Below, in pieces: positions 54,357 through 64,000 of a DNA stretch of 64,000 bases. The notes under the pieces were generated by a model. It worked only from the letters and a program-made list of their open reading frames with translations. It made no database searches and was not told the origin of the DNA. Source of the DNA: an uncultured Candidatus Saccharibacteria bacterium (GTDB lineage: Bacteria > Patescibacteriota > UBA1384 > XYA2-FULL-43-10 > CAINNR01); NCBI GenBank assembly GCA_964425445.1, contig CAYRLY010000001.1:5537-69536 (forward strand), given 5' to 3'. Position numbers and translations under genes: made by a program. Position 1 is the first letter of the stretch; each line of letters starts with the position of its first letter.

Positions 54357-56198
54357 ATGTCGAAGTTGATTTATCTTGAACCCGATGAAGAGATAACTGA
54401 TGTTATCGACAAGATAAGTAAAGCGGACAGCGACGCCGTTTCCTTAGTCATTCCAAGAGGTTCAACTTTAGCTAACAGTATCGTAAATCTGAAACTATTG
54501 GGTAAACGTAGCAAGAAGCTAAAAAAAGATGTGTTTTTGGTTACCAATGACAAGATTGCCCGAAACTTGGCTTCTCAAATTGGGCTTCCGGTTTTTGCTT
54601 CGGTAAACGAGGCAAAATCTGGAGTAGCGGCCAAAGTGCCGGAAGAAAAGAAACCGGAAAAAGTGTTAGAACCTCAAAGCTCAGAAACCGATAATATTGA
54701 AGAAATTGATGGAATTAAAGTCCACAAATATGATAAGGATGCTGAAGATAAATTAGAAGATAGCGCGCCAGAGGTTGAAGAACCAATAATAGAAGATACC
54801 GTGACAACTGACCATGATTCTGGTGTTGAACCTGAAGTGATAGAAGCAGTTCAGGATTTAGAAAAAGATGAGCCAGAAGAGCCAAAAGTAGAAAGAAAAG
54901 AGATGAGCACAGAAACAATTAAACCAAATGATTACAAGCTAGAAAAGAAAAAGACAGAAAGAAACGGAATTGCTGGTGATGTTGGCCGTCCTGGTGGCTC
55001 ACTGTTTGGAGAAATTAGAGATAAAAAAACTCGAAGAAAAAAGAAAATTATTATTACAGCGGCAATTGCCTTTGTGGTATTAGCTTTTGCTCTATATATT
55101 CTAATACCCACCGCAAAGATTGTAATCGCTGTGGTCTCTGAACCTTTTTCTTCCGAGGCTAATATAAATGTAAGCAAAGATAGCAGTGAAATTGATTCCG
55201 AGAATTCTACCATTCCGGGTAATTTTATTGAAAAAGAGGAGGAACTTTCAAAGACCTTCTCCGCTACTGGCGAAAAAAATGTTGGAGCGAAGTCTAAAGG
55301 AAAAATCACCGTTTACAATAATTGGGACCAGCAACCAATAAGTCTGGCTGCCGGTACGACATTTGCTTCTTCCGGCGGAATAAATTTTGTCTCAACATCA
55401 GCTGTTACTGTGCCGGGGGCTCAGGTTGGTTTGCAGGGGGGTCAGTTTGTGATCACCGCTTCCGGTACTGCCGATGTCAATGTCGAAGCAGTGGAAGTTG
55501 GCGAACAAGGTAATATTGGGCCGTCAGATTTTACTATTACCTCAATTCCCAAAATTCAACAATCAAAGATTTATGGTAAAAGCGCAAATTCAATGTCAGG
55601 TGGCACTAACCAGATAGTAAAGGTTGTTGCTAAAAGTGACATATCTGACGCTAAAACTGCCACCGAGAACGAACTTAAAGAAACAGCAACGAACAAAATT
55701 AATGAGGAGCTGGGAGATAACTATAAACTCTTAGAATCTGCCCTGACATTTGAAGTGCTCTCTGAAAATTCTGACAGGAAAGAGGGTGATCAAGCAGATA
55801 CCTTTAATTATGAGTTAAAATTCAAAGTTAGAGCGTTAGCATTTTCAGAGGAAGACTTTAGAAATATGTTAGTTAAAAATGCAGAGGAACAATTACCCGA
55901 GGATCAGGAGATTGTTTCTGATGAAGTCGAGGATATAAATTACGAAGTTGTCAGCAGTGATATCGCTAGTGGGAAAATCGAATTAAAAGGCAAGTTTGAG
56001 GGATATATTGCTAATAAGTATGATAATGACATTATAAAGAGTGATACAAGAGGAAAATCAATAACGGCAGCGAGGAAAAAAATAACTTCCTATGACAAGG
56101 TATTGTCTGTTGACATAAATACCTTCCCTCGTTTTATCCATTCGATTCCCTATATTACGCGAAATATTACGATCGAATATAACTATGGTAAAGAGTGA
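54357..56198 (+). CDS. hypothetical bitopic membrane protein (cytoplasmic N-domain, acidic linker, TM, beta-rich exodomain) immediately downstream of ftsA
   Basis: ORF track; TM helix IIITAAIAFVVLAFALYILIP; no FtsZ motifs (no GGGTGTG). Confidence 0.4.
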   Translation: MSKLIYLEPDEEITDVIDKISKADSDAVSLVIPRGSTLANSIVNLKLLGKRSKKLKKDVFLVTNDKIARNLASQIGLPVFASVNEAKSGVAAKVPEEKKPEKVLEPQSSETDNIEEIDGIKVHKYDKDAEDKLEDSAPEVEEPIIEDTVTTDHDSGVEPEVIEAVQDLEKDEPEEPKVERKEMSTETIKPNDYKLEKKKTERNGIAGDVGRPGGSLFGEIRDKKTRRKKKIIITAAIAFVVLAFALYILIPTAKIVIAVVSEPFSSEANINVSKDSSEIDSENSTIPGNFIEKEEELSKTFSATGEKNVGAKSKGKITVYNNWDQQPISLAAGTTFASSGGINFVSTSAVTVPGAQVGLQGGQFVITASGTADVNVEAVEVGEQGNIGPSDFTITSIPKIQQSKIYGKSANSMSGGTNQIVKVVAKSDISDAKTATENELKETATNKINEELGDNYKLLESALTFEVLSENSDRKEGDQADTFNYELKFKVRALAFSEEDFRNMLVKNAEEQLPEDQEIVSDEVEDINYEVVSSDIASGKIELKGKFEGYIANKYDNDIIKSDTRGKSITAARKKITSYDKVLSVDINTFPRFIHSIPYITRNITIEYNYGKE

Positions 56199-56614
56199 TG
56201 TACCTAGGAGTTGATTGGGGTAGTAAGATGATTGGCCTAGCCGTTGGCAGTGAGATACCCTACGAATTGGCGACGATTAGAAATGACAAAGAAGCAATTG
56301 AAAAGATTGCTAAACTTTGTGCTGAGGAGAAAATTGAAAGAATTGTTATTGGTATGCCGGTACTGGAAAGTGGCGACAAGGGGAACCTGGCCGACAAAGT
56401 TGAAGATTTTGGTCGCCAGCTAAAAGAGAAAACAAATTTGCCAGTCTATTTTGAGCCGGAAAATTTGACTACACAGACTGCCCTAGAGCTTCTTAGAGAG
56501 GAGGGCATGAAACCGGATGATATTGGAAAGAAAGTTGATCAAACTGCAGCAAGATTGATCTTGGAGCAGTATATCGCAAATATTGAGGAGGATATATCGC
56601 AAGAGGCACTATAA
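56195..56614 (+). CDS. ruvX: Holliday-junction resolvase-like / pre-16S rRNA nuclease YqgF
   Basis: YLGVDWGSKMIGLAVG RNase H-like N-terminal motif; family-typical size. Confidence 0.85.
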   Translation: MMYLGVDWGSKMIGLAVGSEIPYELATIRNDKEAIEKIAKLCAEEKIERIVIGMPVLESGDKGNLADKVEDFGRQLKEKTNLPVYFEPENLTTQTALELLREEGMKPDDIGKKVDQTAARLILEQYIANIEEDISQEAL

Positions 56615-56640
56615 AAACAGTACTGCTTATACTTCTCCTT

Positions 56641-57561
56641 TTGTTTATCTTTTCTATTAGCGGGTTTTTATATTATTTCAAAAACGAGGTAAGAAAAGCT
56701 ACCGGAAGTGGTAAAATTGTTCAGATCGAAATCGAAAAAGGCGAAAGCGTTTCAAATATCTCCAAAAAATTAGAATCTAAGGGTCTGGTAAATTCCTCGA
56801 TAATTTTTTACCTGTACGAACGGATAAAAGATAAAAAAATTGTTGCCGGTAAATATCTGATTCCTGATAATTTGACCCTGGTTGAGATCGCAAACGTTTT
56901 GGAGAAAGGTGAGAGACAAGTTCGCAGAATTACGATTCCTGAAGGCTGGAGGATGGAGCAGATTGCTACTTATTTGGAAGCAAATACCGGTATTTTAGCC
57001 CTGGATTTTTTACAGGAGGCCCGAGGAAAAGAGGGTAAACTTTTTCCTGATACTTATGAATTAATGGATCAGCCCACCGCCAAGGAAGTAATTCAAAAGA
57101 TGGATGACAATTATCTTTTTAGAATTTCAGAATTGTCGCCGACAGATGATCAACTTGTGCTAGCCTCGATAATTGAGCGTGAAGCAGCCAGTGACTCTGA
57201 AAGAGCCGATATCGCTGGAGTTTTTGCCAACAGATTAAAAATTGGCATGAAACTAGAAGCTGACCCGACGGTCCAATACCAAAAAGATTCTAATAATTAT
57301 CCTCAAATCGGTTTGATTTCTTATACTTTCTGGCAAAAATTAATTCCAGGTGACCTGCGTGGGGTACAGGGGCCGCATAATACCTATCTGCGTTCTGGTT
57401 TGCCGTCGAGCCCAATTTGCAACCCTGGTCTAAAAAGCATTGAAGCAGCAGTCAAACCCGCTAGCCATGATTATTATTTTTTCTTGCATGGCTCTGATGG
57501 CAATATTTATTTCTCAAAAAACGAGGAAGAACATAATAGAAAAAAGGCTTTATATTTATAA
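56641..57561 (+). CDS. mltG: endolytic murein transglycosylase MltG (YceG family)
   Basis: N-terminal TM; YceG motifs ITIPEGWRMEQIATYLE and ASIIEREA. Confidence 0.8.
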   Translation: MFIFSISGFLYYFKNEVRKATGSGKIVQIEIEKGESVSNISKKLESKGLVNSSIIFYLYERIKDKKIVAGKYLIPDNLTLVEIANVLEKGERQVRRITIPEGWRMEQIATYLEANTGILALDFLQEARGKEGKLFPDTYELMDQPTAKEVIQKMDDNYLFRISELSPTDDQLVLASIIEREAASDSERADIAGVFANRLKIGMKLEADPTVQYQKDSNNYPQIGLISYTFWQKLIPGDLRGVQGPHNTYLRSGLPSSPICNPGLKSIEAAVKPASHDYYFFLHGSDGNIYFSKNEEEHNRKKALYL

Positions 57562-57565
57562 AAAA

Positions 57566-58443
57566 ATGTCTGAAGTAATTCAAGTTAAAGGTTTAAAAAA
57601 ATATTTTGGCAAAACCCGTGCGGTTGATGGTGTTGATATCGATGTTAAAAAAGGCGAGATTTTTGGTTTTTTGGGACCAAATGGCGCCGGAAAAACTACT
57701 CTAATCCGTTGCTTAATGGATTTCATTCGTCCTACTGCCGGGCAAATTACAATTCTCGGTAAAAATTCAATTATAAATTCTTCAGAACTAAAAAAAGATA
57801 TCGGTTTTCTGCCTGGAAATGTCCGTTTGTATGATTCTTGGACCGGAAAAGAACATATCTCTTTTTTCAATCATTTGGCGCCGATAAAAAAATTGCCGAC
57901 GAGCTTTCCTCAAAGCTTGATTTTGATCAAAATAAAAAATTTAAAAATCTTTCATCAGGAAATAAGCAAAAGCTTGGGGTTATTCTTGCATTAATGAAAA
58001 AGCCTAAAATTCTTATTATGGATGAGCCGACAAATGCTCTCGATCCTTTGCTACAAAATCAAGTTCATGAGCTTCTGAAAGAAGAGAAAAATAGAGGGAC
58101 AACTGTGTTTATTTCGTCGCATAATTTATCGGAGGTTGATCGTATCTGTGATCGTGTGGCAATAATTAAAGATGGAAAAATTATTGCGACTGAAAATATT
58201 AGAAGCTTGAAAGAGAAGCGAATACATACAACAACGATTTATTTTGTCGACAAAGTTAAGAAGACCGAGTTTGAAATTCCTGGAGTTGAAAATGTTGAGG
58301 AAATTGTCGACGGTCTAGTTATTAGATCAAAAGGAGATATCGGACCATTGCTGAAGAGAATCGCTGGCTATAGATTAAAAGATATAGAGATCGCTCATGC
58401 CAGCTTGGAAGAGATATTTCTAGAGTTTTATAATAACAAATAA
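57566..58443 (+). pseudogene. ABC transporter ATP-binding protein interrupted by a -1 frameshift at a T6 tract near 57862-57868
   Basis: Walker A GPNGAGKTT in the first frame (ORF 57440..57994). ABC signature LSSGNKQKL, Walker B ILIMDEPTNALD and the H-loop are in the second frame (57838..58443). One extra T in cttttttcaatc would restore ...HISFFQSFGADKKIADELSS... Confidence 0.7.
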
Positions 58444-58444
58444 A

Positions 58445-59248
58445 ATGTGGCCAATTATTAAAAGAACAATCAACGATCGCAAAACTGTAATTATGATTTA
58501 CATCATCGTTGCGCTTGCTTTTCTTCTGATGTATGTTTCGATGTTCCCATCGTTTGCCGATCAAACACAGCAGTGGGACGAGTTGATGAAAACAGTGCCG
58601 GAAGGTGTGATGAAAGCCTTCAATCTTGAGGATTACAGCTTTGCTCGCTTGGAGAATTTCTTATCTGGGGAGCTGTATTCAATAACCTGGCCATTGCTTC
58701 TAATTATTCTAGCTGTTTCAACTGCTGGAGCGGCAATTGCTAATGAAGTCGAGAAAGGCACAATTGAAATTATTCTTTCCCAACCAATTACCAGGGCAAA
58801 ATTTTATCTATCGCGTTATATTGCTGGTATAGCAGTTATTTTTGCCTTCGTCGTTATTACCATTTATCCAGCAATTCCAATGGCAAAGATTTTTGATATC
58901 TCGATTACTACTGCCAACTATTCTACACTGGCACTTTCAGCGTTTTTGTTTGGTGTGGCTGTTTTTAGTATCGGCTACGCTTTGTCAGCGGTTTTTTCTG
59001 ATCGCGGCAAAGTTTATTTTTTAACCGCTGGTCTGATGGTTTTGATGTATGTGTTTAATATCGTTGCCCTTTTGAAAGAGAATTTTTCTGATCTTAAATA
59101 CCTATCCTTTTTCCACTATTTTAATCCGGTGGATAATCTGGTTCGCAACCAAATAAGCGACACCGGCGCTATAGTATTCATTTCAACAACTATAATTACT
59201 TTTATTATTGGAATGATTGTTTATAACAAAAGAGATATCGCAACCTAA
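58445..59248 (+). CDS. ABC-2 family transporter permease
   Basis: Six TM helices. The start overlaps the ATPase stop (ATAAAATG), which is typical ABC-2 operon coupling. Confidence 0.7.
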   Translation: MWPIIKRTINDRKTVIMIYIIVALAFLLMYVSMFPSFADQTQQWDELMKTVPEGVMKAFNLEDYSFARLENFLSGELYSITWPLLLIILAVSTAGAAIANEVEKGTIEIILSQPITRAKFYLSRYIAGIAVIFAFVVITIYPAIPMAKIFDISITTANYSTLALSAFLFGVAVFSIGYALSAVFSDRGKVYFLTAGLMVLMYVFNIVALLKENFSDLKYLSFFHYFNPVDNLVRNQISDTGAIVFISTTIITFIIGMIVYNKRDIAT

Positions 59249-59263
59249 ATAATTAAAGGAGGA

Positions 59264-59869
59264 TTGATGTCTACAGTTTGGAAGATTGTTATTGCGATAG
59301 TAGTAACTTTAGCCGTAGTCGGTGGTGGCACCTACTACTATATGAATCAAAAAGCCACTAGTGAAAAAGATGAATTGCAGTCTCAGATTGACGAGTTGAA
59401 CAATCAGGTCGAGGATTTACAGGCTAAAAACACAACAGCAGCTTCCAATGAATCTTCTTCCCCCGTAACAAACTCGCCAACAACTGCAACAACTTCTGAT
59501 TGGAAAAATTATTCAAATACGAAGTATGGTTTCTCACTGACGTTCAATGATTTGTGGAAAAATTACGAGATAGTTGAAAAAAGTCCTGATGATTCGACAG
59601 CCACTGCTTACTTGTATACCTGTGTCCCGACGACTTCTTCCAGCTGGTCAGACCAGAAATCTGGAATGTTCTGTCCTTTTTCCATCACAGTCGTATCGCT
59701 ATCTGGCAAAAGTGCTTTTGAGCAAGCGAACGACCCCATGATTCCAAAATATCTTGGTGCCAATTCTTCTTATGCTTTTTATACTGGATCAGCACAAGAT
59801 CGACCAGATGATGGCGTTACTGTAATGAATGATTCGCAAAATATTATTGTAACCTTCAAAGCTAACTAA
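59264..59869 (+). CDS. membrane-anchored secreted hypothetical protein with a coiled-coil
   Basis: RBS AAGGAGG; N-terminal TM; ELQSQIDELNNQVEDLQAKN coiled coil. Confidence 0.4.
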   Translation: MMSTVWKIVIAIVVTLAVVGGGTYYYMNQKATSEKDELQSQIDELNNQVEDLQAKNTTAASNESSSPVTNSPTTATTSDWKNYSNTKYGFSLTFNDLWKNYEIVEKSPDDSTATAYLYTCVPTTSSSWSDQKSGMFCPFSITVVSLSGKSAFEQANDPMIPKYLGANSSYAFYTGSAQDRPDDGVTVMNDSQNIIVTFKAN

Positions 59870-59987
59870 TAAATAAAAAATCAATCTCTTCTGGGATTGA
59901 TTTTTTATATTCTTTGATCTAGTGTTAGTTTATAACCAGGGGAGGTAGACTCTGGCTTTTTTGTCGCATTAATTTATAATCAGCAAT

Positions 59988-61046
59988 ATGAAGTCACCGT
60001 TTAATTTTATTTTTAATCGCCTGTCTCATGATATCGGTATCGATCTCGGTACCGCTAACTCTTTGGTCTATGTAAAAGGTAAAGGAATTGTTATCACCGA
60101 GCCGTCAGTGGTGGCGATAAACAAAAAAACCAAAGAAATTTTAGCGATCGGAGAAGAGGCCAAAAGAATGGTTGGTCGCACTCCCGCACATATAGTTGCA
60201 GTTAGGCCTTTGGTTGATGGCGTAATCTCTGATTTTGAAGTAACAGAACAGATGCTAAAATATTTTTTTGACAAGGTTCATCGAGAGAAATTTTCCTTAT
60301 TTCCACACCCAAGGGTGGTGATCGGTATACCCTACGGGGTTACCGAGGTAGAAAAAAGAGCAGCGGAGGAAGGGGCAATTAACGCTGGTGCCAGGGAGAT
60401 TTATCTTATCGAAGAGCCGATCGCTGCAGCGATCGGCGCCCGACTTCCGGTTCAAGACGCATCCGGAAATATGATTGTTGATATTGGTGGGGGAACGACT
60501 GAGGTGGCAATTATCTCTCTTGGTGGCATTGTTTCCTCCCGGTCGCTACGAATTGCTGGTGATGAAATGAATACTGATATAATTCAGTATGCGAGAGATA
60601 ATTTTAATCTTTTGTTAGGTGAGAGAACGGCAGAAGAAATTAAAATTAAAGTTGGGGCAGCGATACCAATTAAAGAGAAATTAGAAACACCGATGCGAGG
60701 AAGGGATTTGGTGACCGGTTTACCAAAAGAAATAATTGTTAATAACGAACAGATTCGTCAAGCGATACAGAAATCGGTCAATGCTATTATTGATAGCATC
60801 AAAGTTACGATGGAAGAATCACCTCCTGAGCTCCTGGCCGATATAATGGATCGAGGCATCGTTCTTGCTGGTGGTGGGGCCTTGCTCCGGGGTCTTGATA
60901 AACTGATTGCTGTAGAAACTAGAACGATAGTGCATATTGCCGATGATCCATTAACCTGTGTTGTTCGTGGGACAGGTATAGTTCTTGAAGATATTGATCT
61001 ATTGTCAGATGTTCTTGTTCCTAATCGATTTAAATTGAGGGCGTAG
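59988..61046 (+). CDS. mreB: rod shape-determining protein MreB
   Basis: IGIDLGTANSLVYVKGKGIVITEPSVVAI and DIGGGTTEVAIISLGG actin-fold motifs. Confidence 0.92.
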   Translation: MKSPFNFIFNRLSHDIGIDLGTANSLVYVKGKGIVITEPSVVAINKKTKEILAIGEEAKRMVGRTPAHIVAVRPLVDGVISDFEVTEQMLKYFFDKVHREKFSLFPHPRVVIGIPYGVTEVEKRAAEEGAINAGAREIYLIEEPIAAAIGARLPVQDASGNMIVDIGGGTTEVAIISLGGIVSSRSLRIAGDEMNTDIIQYARDNFNLLLGERTAEEIKIKVGAAIPIKEKLETPMRGRDLVTGLPKEIIVNNEQIRQAIQKSVNAIIDSIKVTMEESPPELLADIMDRGIVLAGGGALLRGLDKLIAVETRTIVHIADDPLTCVVRGTGIVLEDIDLLSDVLVPNRFKLRA

Positions 61047-61049
61047 TTA

Positions 61050-61838
61050 ATGACTAGGAGGAATTTATTTTTGTTTTTTTTCATTGTAGTGCTGATTTTG
61101 ATATTGCTGGTACCATCGAAGATAAGCCAAACGACCAACAATTTTATTTTGAAAGTGAGTCAACCTTTGACTTCTGGAATGGTTAAAGCTGGAAAAAGTA
61201 TCGCTGGCACACTGTCAATATTTGGAGAAATCAGCAACCTGCGCAAGGAAAACCGTCGTTTAGCCGAGGATATAATCAAGGCGAAAGTTGACAGCACTAA
61301 ACTTGAGGAGCTTGAACAAGAAAATACTAGCTTGAAGGAAGCTCTTGAGTATAAAGAAGCCCATCCGGAAATGAAGCTACTTCTTGCGGAAATAATCGGT
61401 CTGGACCCGACAAATTTTTATGATTCTTTGGTTTTAAACAAGGGTTCAAATGATGGAGTGTCTGACGGTATGGCAGTGGTTTATCTTGGTGTGTTGGTCG
61501 GGAAAATTGATCAGGTGACTCCTGACACTTCGCGAGTCGTGCTTATAACCAGTAGAGACTCAATTGTTCAGGTGATGCTTGAGAGCTCAAGAACTACCGG
61601 GATTTTAAAAGGTGGAATTTCAGGTATGACTTTAGAAAATATTCCGCTAGATACGCCGATAGCTGAGTCAGAGAGTATTATTACATCTGGTCTTGGTGGC
61701 AAATTGCCAAAAGGTATATTCGTTGGAAGCGCTGGAAGTGAAGTATCAGCAAAATCAGATATTTTCAAGACAATTGAGGTAAAATCTCCGATAAACTTCT
61801 CGAAACTGGAGAACTTGTTTATTATTATTGGGATTTGA
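61050..61838 (+). CDS. mreC: rod shape-determining protein MreC
   Basis: N-terminal TM; coiled-coil LRKENRRLAEDIIKAKVDSTKLEELEQEN; beta-rich C-terminal domain; position after mreB. Confidence 0.75.
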   Translation: MTRRNLFLFFFIVVLILILLVPSKISQTTNNFILKVSQPLTSGMVKAGKSIAGTLSIFGEISNLRKENRRLAEDIIKAKVDSTKLEELEQENTSLKEALEYKEAHPEMKLLLAEIIGLDPTNFYDSLVLNKGSNDGVSDGMAVVYLGVLVGKIDQVTPDTSRVVLITSRDSIVQVMLESSRTTGILKGGISGMTLENIPLDTPIAESESIITSGLGGKLPKGIFVGSAGSEVSAKSDIFKTIEVKSPINFSKLENLFIIIGI

Positions 61839-62343
61839 TATGTGGTTATTTATGCTTCTGATTTCATTATTCGTTGCTATTCTCGATGCAACTGTTGCCC
61901 CATCTTTATCAATTTATGGTGGAATTTTCAGTTTCACTACTTCTATAATTTTAGTTTTCCTAGTAAAAAAATCTTTTCAGAATGCAAGTATGCTACTTAT
62001 ATTTTCGACGATATTTTTAGTAATATTTAGTCAAATCCCCGTTGTCTATATTCTCCTACCGAATTTTTTTCTATTTATCACAATAATTTTTGCCATCAAC
62101 AAGAGGTTAATTGATCGACCGTCAACGATGTTATCGGTTCCAATTTATGCTATTGCTTTTCTGTTTTTCGGATTGTTCAGATTGTTAATTATGAGTGAGT
62201 TCTCTCTGGCAAATTTACTCGTAACACTCGAGGGGGCAATTTATTCAACGATCATCACAGTGGCATTATATTTTATAATCAATAAAATAAATTATCTCTT
62301 AAACCCACAAGCAGGTAGAGAACAGATAAAAATTAACATTTAA
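61828..62343 (+). CDS. mreD: rod shape-determining protein MreD
   Basis: Small polytopic membrane protein following mreC in synteny. Confidence 0.6.
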   Translation: MGFDMWLFMLLISLFVAILDATVAPSLSIYGGIFSFTTSIILVFLVKKSFQNASMLLIFSTIFLVIFSQIPVVYILLPNFFLFITIIFAINKRLIDRPSTMLSVPIYAIAFLFFGLFRLLIMSEFSLANLLVTLEGAIYSTIITVALYFIINKINYLLNPQAGREQIKINI

Positions 62344-62345
62344 TT

Positions 62346-64000
62346 ATGGATATTTTTGGGAATTTTTCCGCTTTAATTGGAGAAAAGAGAAAAAGAAAAG
62401 TCTCTCTGAATGAAGAGAGCGATTTTCAATATCAGGATGTCACACTGGAGGGTCAATCTCGGATTGAGGAGACTCAAACAAGCAGACTATCAATATATCT
62501 CAAATTAATAATATTAATCATATTTATCGCTATTGGTTCCAAGTTGTTTTATTTGCAGGTAATAAACGCCTCAAAAAGTTTCAATTTGGCTGAGGGTAAC
62601 AGGATACGTCCTAGGAGTATTCTCTCAAGCCGCGGGGTGATTACTGATTCAAAAGGGGTTTGGCTGGCGCGGAATAAACCGAGTTTTGCTCTCGGAGTTT
62701 ACCCCTCAGATTTACCAAGAAAAAAAACGGAGAGGGAAGATCTACTCAATAAAATATCAGCCTTGGCTAAAATCCCAAAAGACGAGATCAAACAAAAGAT
62801 CGAAGCTAACGGCGAGTTTTCAATTGATTTGACAATTTTAAAGGCAAATTTACCACGGGAAGAAGCTTTAATTTTAGAGGAAGAGGTAGCTGGTCTACCG
62901 GGAGTTGTCGTCAGCAAAAGAGCGATTAGGGAGTACAAAAGCGATTCAGGCCTGGCCCACATAATGGGCTACACCGGCATTATATCAAGCGATGAATTGG
63001 CAAAAAATCCTAATTATCTGATGAGCGAGGAGTTTGGTAAGGCAGGAATCGAAAAGTATTATCAAACTGAACTTCGTGGTGATCCTGGAATTGAACAGGT
63101 TGAAGTTGATTCGCGTGGAAGAATTATTCAGGTGCTTAAGGATTTTAATAACTTGCAGCCGATTGGTGGCAACAACTTGGTATTAAATATCAACTATGAT
63201 CTGCAACAAAAAATGACGGAGAAACTTGTTTCCGGCATACAAAGTGCTGGTCCGGAGGTAAATTCCGGAGTAGCGGTTGCAATGAATCCTCAAACGGGTG
63301 CTGTTCTGGGTATGGTTTCTGTGCCGTTTTATGACAATAATATTTTTCAAGGCGAGATTAACAAAAGTGAATACAGCCGGTTGCTTAAAGACCCGTCTTT
63401 GCCACTTTTAAATCGAGCAACAATGGGGACTTACCCCCCTGGTTCGATAATAAAGATTGTTACAGCGGCAGCCGGTCTCCAAGAGGGAATAATCACTAAA
63501 AATACCTCAATCGAGACACCACAAGAAATTATTATCGGAGAATGGAAGTTCCCTGATTGGAAATATCATGCTGGCATGTCAAATGTTACGAGAGCAATAG
63601 CAGAATCAAATAATATTTTCTTTTATGCTGTTGGCGGTGGTTGGGACAAAATTAAAGGCCTTGGCCCTGATGTTTTGCGAAATTATCTTTCGATGTTTGG
63701 TTTCGGTGCAAAGAGCGGAGTGGATTTATCCTCTGAGGCTTCGGGTTTAGTTCCGGGTCCCGAATGGAAGAAAAATTACAAGGGCGAGAATTGGTATTTG
63801 GGTGACACCTATCATGTTGCTATCGGTCAAGGCGATCTTTTGGTCACTCCGATCCAAATGGTAAAGGCATTATCAGCGGTTGCTAACGGAGGGCGGTTAC
63901 TCAGGCCTCAGATTCTAAAAGAGATAACCGATGTCGACGGGAATGTGGTTAGAAATTATTCAACTGAGGTTGAGCGAGACAATTTTATTTCGGCCGAAAA
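62346..64000 (+). CDS. mrdA: penicillin-binding protein 2 (elongation-specific transpeptidase), 3'-truncated by the window end
   Basis: Open frame from ATG 62346 to the window end. N-terminal TM; PBP dimerisation domain; transpeptidase motifs (TYPPGSIIK is SxxK; SNN-like). Absent from the ORF track because no stop lies in the window. Confidence 0.8.
   Translation, partial: MDIFGNFSALIGEKRKRKVSLNEESDFQYQDVTLEGQSRIEETQTSRLSIYLKLIILIIFIAIGSKLFYLQVINASKSFNLAEGNRIRPRSILSSRGVITDSKGVWLARNKPSFALGVYPSDLPRKKTEREDLLNKISALAKIPKDEIKQKIEANGEFSIDLTILKANLPREEALILEEEVAGLPGVVVSKRAIREYKSDSGLAHIMGYTGIISSDELAKNPNYLMSEEFGKAGIEKYYQTELRGDPGIEQVEVDSRGRIIQVLKDFNNLQPIGGNNLVLNINYDLQQKMTEKLVSGIQSAGPEVNSGVAVAMNPQTGAVLGMVSVPFYDNNIFQGEINKSEYSRLLKDPSLPLLNRATMGTYPPGSIIKIVTAAAGLQEGIITKNTSIETPQEIIIGEWKFPDWKYHAGMSNVTRAIAESNNIFFYAVGGGWDKIKGLGPDVLRNYLSMFGFGAKSGVDLSSEASGLVPGPEWKKNYKGENWYLGDTYHVAIGQGDLLVTPIQMVKALSAVANGGRLLRPQILKEITDVDGNVVRNYSTEVERDNFISAE

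Noticed and set aside
1408-54918. Numerous 60-130 aa antisense or alternate-frame ORFs embedded within long conserved genes (for example 1408..1599, 2980..3384, 3421..3747, 20668..21033, 33809..34258, 53662..54210)
   Set aside because: They lie fully inside well-supported genes on the opposite strand or in another frame. They have no RBS and are low-complexity, and are typical AT-rich-genome noise.

Overview
This window is AT-rich, gene-dense and small-gene in character, with almost all genes on the plus strand. It looks like a reduced-genome bacterium, possibly of the Patescibacteria/CPR type; that placement is inference from gene content and composition only.

Recognisable core genes include metK with a SAM-I riboswitch leader and ksgA/rsmA, rsmI, metG, alaS, miaA, mnmA, iscS-iscU, folD, tatD, recG, pcrA, comEA, comM, secG and rpsA. 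Also present are nrnA, ftsA, ruvX, mltG, mreBCD with PBP2, an ABC-2 transporter pair and an NRAMP transporter. There is a cell-surface glycan biosynthesis cluster at 3.3-11.4 kb (GT2, epimerase, GT4, CapK-like adenylating enzyme, tandem methyltransferase, flippase-like and large polytopic membrane proteins). Nine tRNA genes are present: four Leu isoacceptors, plus Val, Cys, Phe and Gly.

Three layers of structure are not explained by ordinary annotation.
1. Two tRNA-Leu genes are each followed by a conserved GC-rich structured element of about 90 nt. Each element ends in a 21-nt direct repeat of the 3' end of its own tRNA, which is an integration-like signature.
2. At least a dozen essential or conserved genes carry in-frame insertions of tandem heptanucleotide repeats. 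The units are GTCGAAA/GTCGCAA, CGAAATC/CGAAATT (plus its reverse complement TTCTAAT) and GGAGTAA, each translating as short 7-aa periodic peptide repeats.
3. A mosaic of compositionally anomalous, visibly GC-rich single-gene islets is scattered between the AT-rich core genes. Each is bounded by palindromic terminators and some have their own promoter. They are a GHMP kinase, a HAD hydrolase, several unknown small proteins, and a promoter/terminator-bounded GC-rich transcript of about 210 nt that may be a small RNA or a 54-aa peptide gene.

Other notable items are a dockerin-bearing secreted protein, a Phd/YefM-like small gene translationally coupled to iscS behind a triple GTTGAC operator-like array, a frameshifted ABC ATPase at a T6 tract, and ftsA followed by an unknown membrane protein rather than ftsZ.

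No CRISPR array, rRNA gene or recognisable transposase/integrase is present.
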